Source: Macrostomum lignano
Taxonomy: Eukaryota
Assembly: GCA_002269645.1 (NCBI GenBank)
Contig: NIVC01002229.1
Location: forward strand, 57,927 to 121,926
DNA length: 64,000 nucleotides
Direction: 5' to 3'
The notes beneath the pieces are model-generated. The model ran no database searches. It was not told the origin of the DNA and saw only the letters and a program-made list of their open reading frames with translations. This document shows positions 62,063 to 64,000 of the stretch, piece by piece; the first letter of the stretch is position 1; the number at the start of each line of letters is the position of its first letter. The translations under genes were made by a program, and so were the position numbers.

Positions 62063-63602
62063 TGAGGGGTATTGCAATTTCCTATAGGTGCATTTCTCAA
62101 TGCAATGATAGCAAGGGAAATTTCTAGGTAATATTCTAAAACAATTTGTCAAAAACAGTAAAGGAACACATTATTATGCTTTATTAGTGTCAAATGGAAC
62201 AAAAAGCAACAATTTAAAACATGTCGCAATCAATCAGTGTCCTTTCACTATAAATCACTGTACCAAAGTTCTAGCTGCCATTGATCCCTACCAATCACTG
62301 TCACTGATGTCATTCTTTGTTTGGCCCAGCACTGTTGCGTTCCATATATTCATCATTAAATGCTATACACTTCTGATAGTGTTCAATCAGATTGTTAAAC
62401 CCAGCCTTCCAGAAGCTGGAGTCCAGCTGGTGCAGCAATGCATTAGCGGCATCAATAACCTGACGTGTTGTGAAAACTTGCCTACACATCGGCAACTTCA
62501 TTGGACCAAAGAGATGGAAGTCGGCAATCGCAATGTCGGGACTGTAGGCTGGGTGACTTAGCTGACAAAAGCCCAGCTCTTCCACCTTGGCAAAAGTGCA
62601 AGCAATGGCATGCAGATATGTGTTGTCCCAAAGGATGAATGGCTTCTGATATATGATTCGGCACTTGGATAGAATGGTAGCACGCAGTTGCTCAAGCTGG
62701 TTAATCACATAGTTGGCATTGATTGTCTAGCCCTGGGTAGGTAGTCAACAAGTAGCACGCCGTGTGCATTGCACCACACTCTGCACATGATGTTCTGGGT
62801 CTAGGCTGACTTCATGGCCTTTGTGTGTGGGTGCTATCCCTTTGGCCCCATTGTATCAAGTGCTGCTTTGTCAGTGGATTAAACATTGGCAGCGGTGTCT
62901 CATCCATTGTGATTACAAGCTCCTTGAACTTCTCATCACCAAGCTCATTCCATATAGCCCAGTTGTCTGCCAAACATTGCACCCATGCTTTTTTGTGTTC
63001 TTCTGTCAGCTCTTGTGGCACCCACTTAGCACAAATCTTCAACCAGCCATGGTGTTGGAGAATGTGACTCACAGACGAGTAGTGAACGCTGCACACACTC
63101 TCCACTTCATGCATATGTGCAGATGGGTTTGCCTCCGAATATTAGAACATGGTAGCCACATTTTTGTCATCTGTGCTGGAACGTGGATAGCCAGAGTGAG
63201 CAGCATCAGCAACACTTGTTTGACCATTAGCAGCAAGTCGGTGGTGGGCAAGCACTTGTGTGTGACCCAACGCATGACCACCAAAAGCAGTGCAAACTTC
63301 ATTAAAAGTCTGCATTGGTGTCTTACCCATGTGCTGATATGCCATAATGAAGTGACGTTGACTTTCTTTTGAACCAAAATCTGAGTGGTTTTTGTCGGCT
63401 CATTCTCCGAGTGAAATAGTGTAAAATAACATAGACCCTTAGGCTTAACTTGCTCTAATGTAGGTGTGTTTATCCTAGTCATGCAAAATTTTAGCCTGCT
63501 ACTTATTAATAACCAAATAGTTTATGGATGAAAGCTCATCCAAATCTGATAAGAATTGTGCTTTAGCAAACACTAGTCCAGAAAATTTTGCAACACCCCT
63601 TA
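62063..63602 (-). mobile_element. Decayed mariner element (1540 bp)
   Basis: TIRs TGAGGGGTATTGCAA and TTGCAACACCCCTTA, flanked by TA at 62061-62062 and 63603-63604. Confidence 0.8.
62310..63403 (-). pseudogene. Mariner DD34D-type transposase pseudogene
   Basis: WVPQEL, TMDET, WDN, HPAYSPDIAIADFHLF motifs spread over several frames, with stops. Confidence 0.9.
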
Positions 63603-64000
63603 TATTTTTTAGGACATACAGATATTTATTTTCAATATTATATATATTTGCATCATACCTTAGTCTTAATATTCTGTGATAGACAAAATGACTGCATTAT
63701 ATTTTGAAGACAAAAAAATGGCAAACAAGCAGACAAAACAACCATTAACCCTTATAAAGATTCTATTTTATTCACCTACTGATAGTTTGCTAGTAGACAA
63801 AAAGCCTTACTAAAATGATTCATCTGCCTGCTAGGAAATAGAGGTAGGAATAGAAGTGGAAGGGAGGCCAAGGGAGCTGCTTAATTCTAGCAAAATTTTG
63901 GGATTTTATCCTAGGATTAAAATTTGTTAGAACTTACTAGGTTTGATAAATGATAGGCCTAGGATTATTGCTAGGATTCAAAATCCTAAGATATAAAAAA

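Overview
Eukaryotic (metazoan) genomic DNA with GC-rich exons, GT-AG introns filled with minisatellites, and TTAGGG repeats. This style resembles a free-living flatworm such as Macrostomum, but that is an inference only. Host genes: the last two exons of aminoacylase-1 (+), a two-exon PSKH-family pseudokinase (+), one exon of presequence protease PITRM1 (+), two exons of an ACE/peptidase M2 gene (-), and a candidate small secreted-protein gene with micro-exons (+) that is cut by a transposon. Most of the window is repeats. These include a >10 kb 23-bp satellite inside a Helitron, other Helitrons, a CCCAGTGG-ended (CMC/EnSpm-like) family that inserts into itself and carries a gypsy 3' end, and a near-intact Mag-type Ty3/gypsy element. 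Also present are a solo LTR, MULE-like and P-like elements, a CORE-SINE and a dead mariner. A 952-N gap lies at 22826-23777. Several 1-bp indels in coding sequence may be consensus errors. There are no CRISPR, rRNA or tRNA genes. All coordinates were read by eye, and family assignments come from recalled motifs, not database searches.
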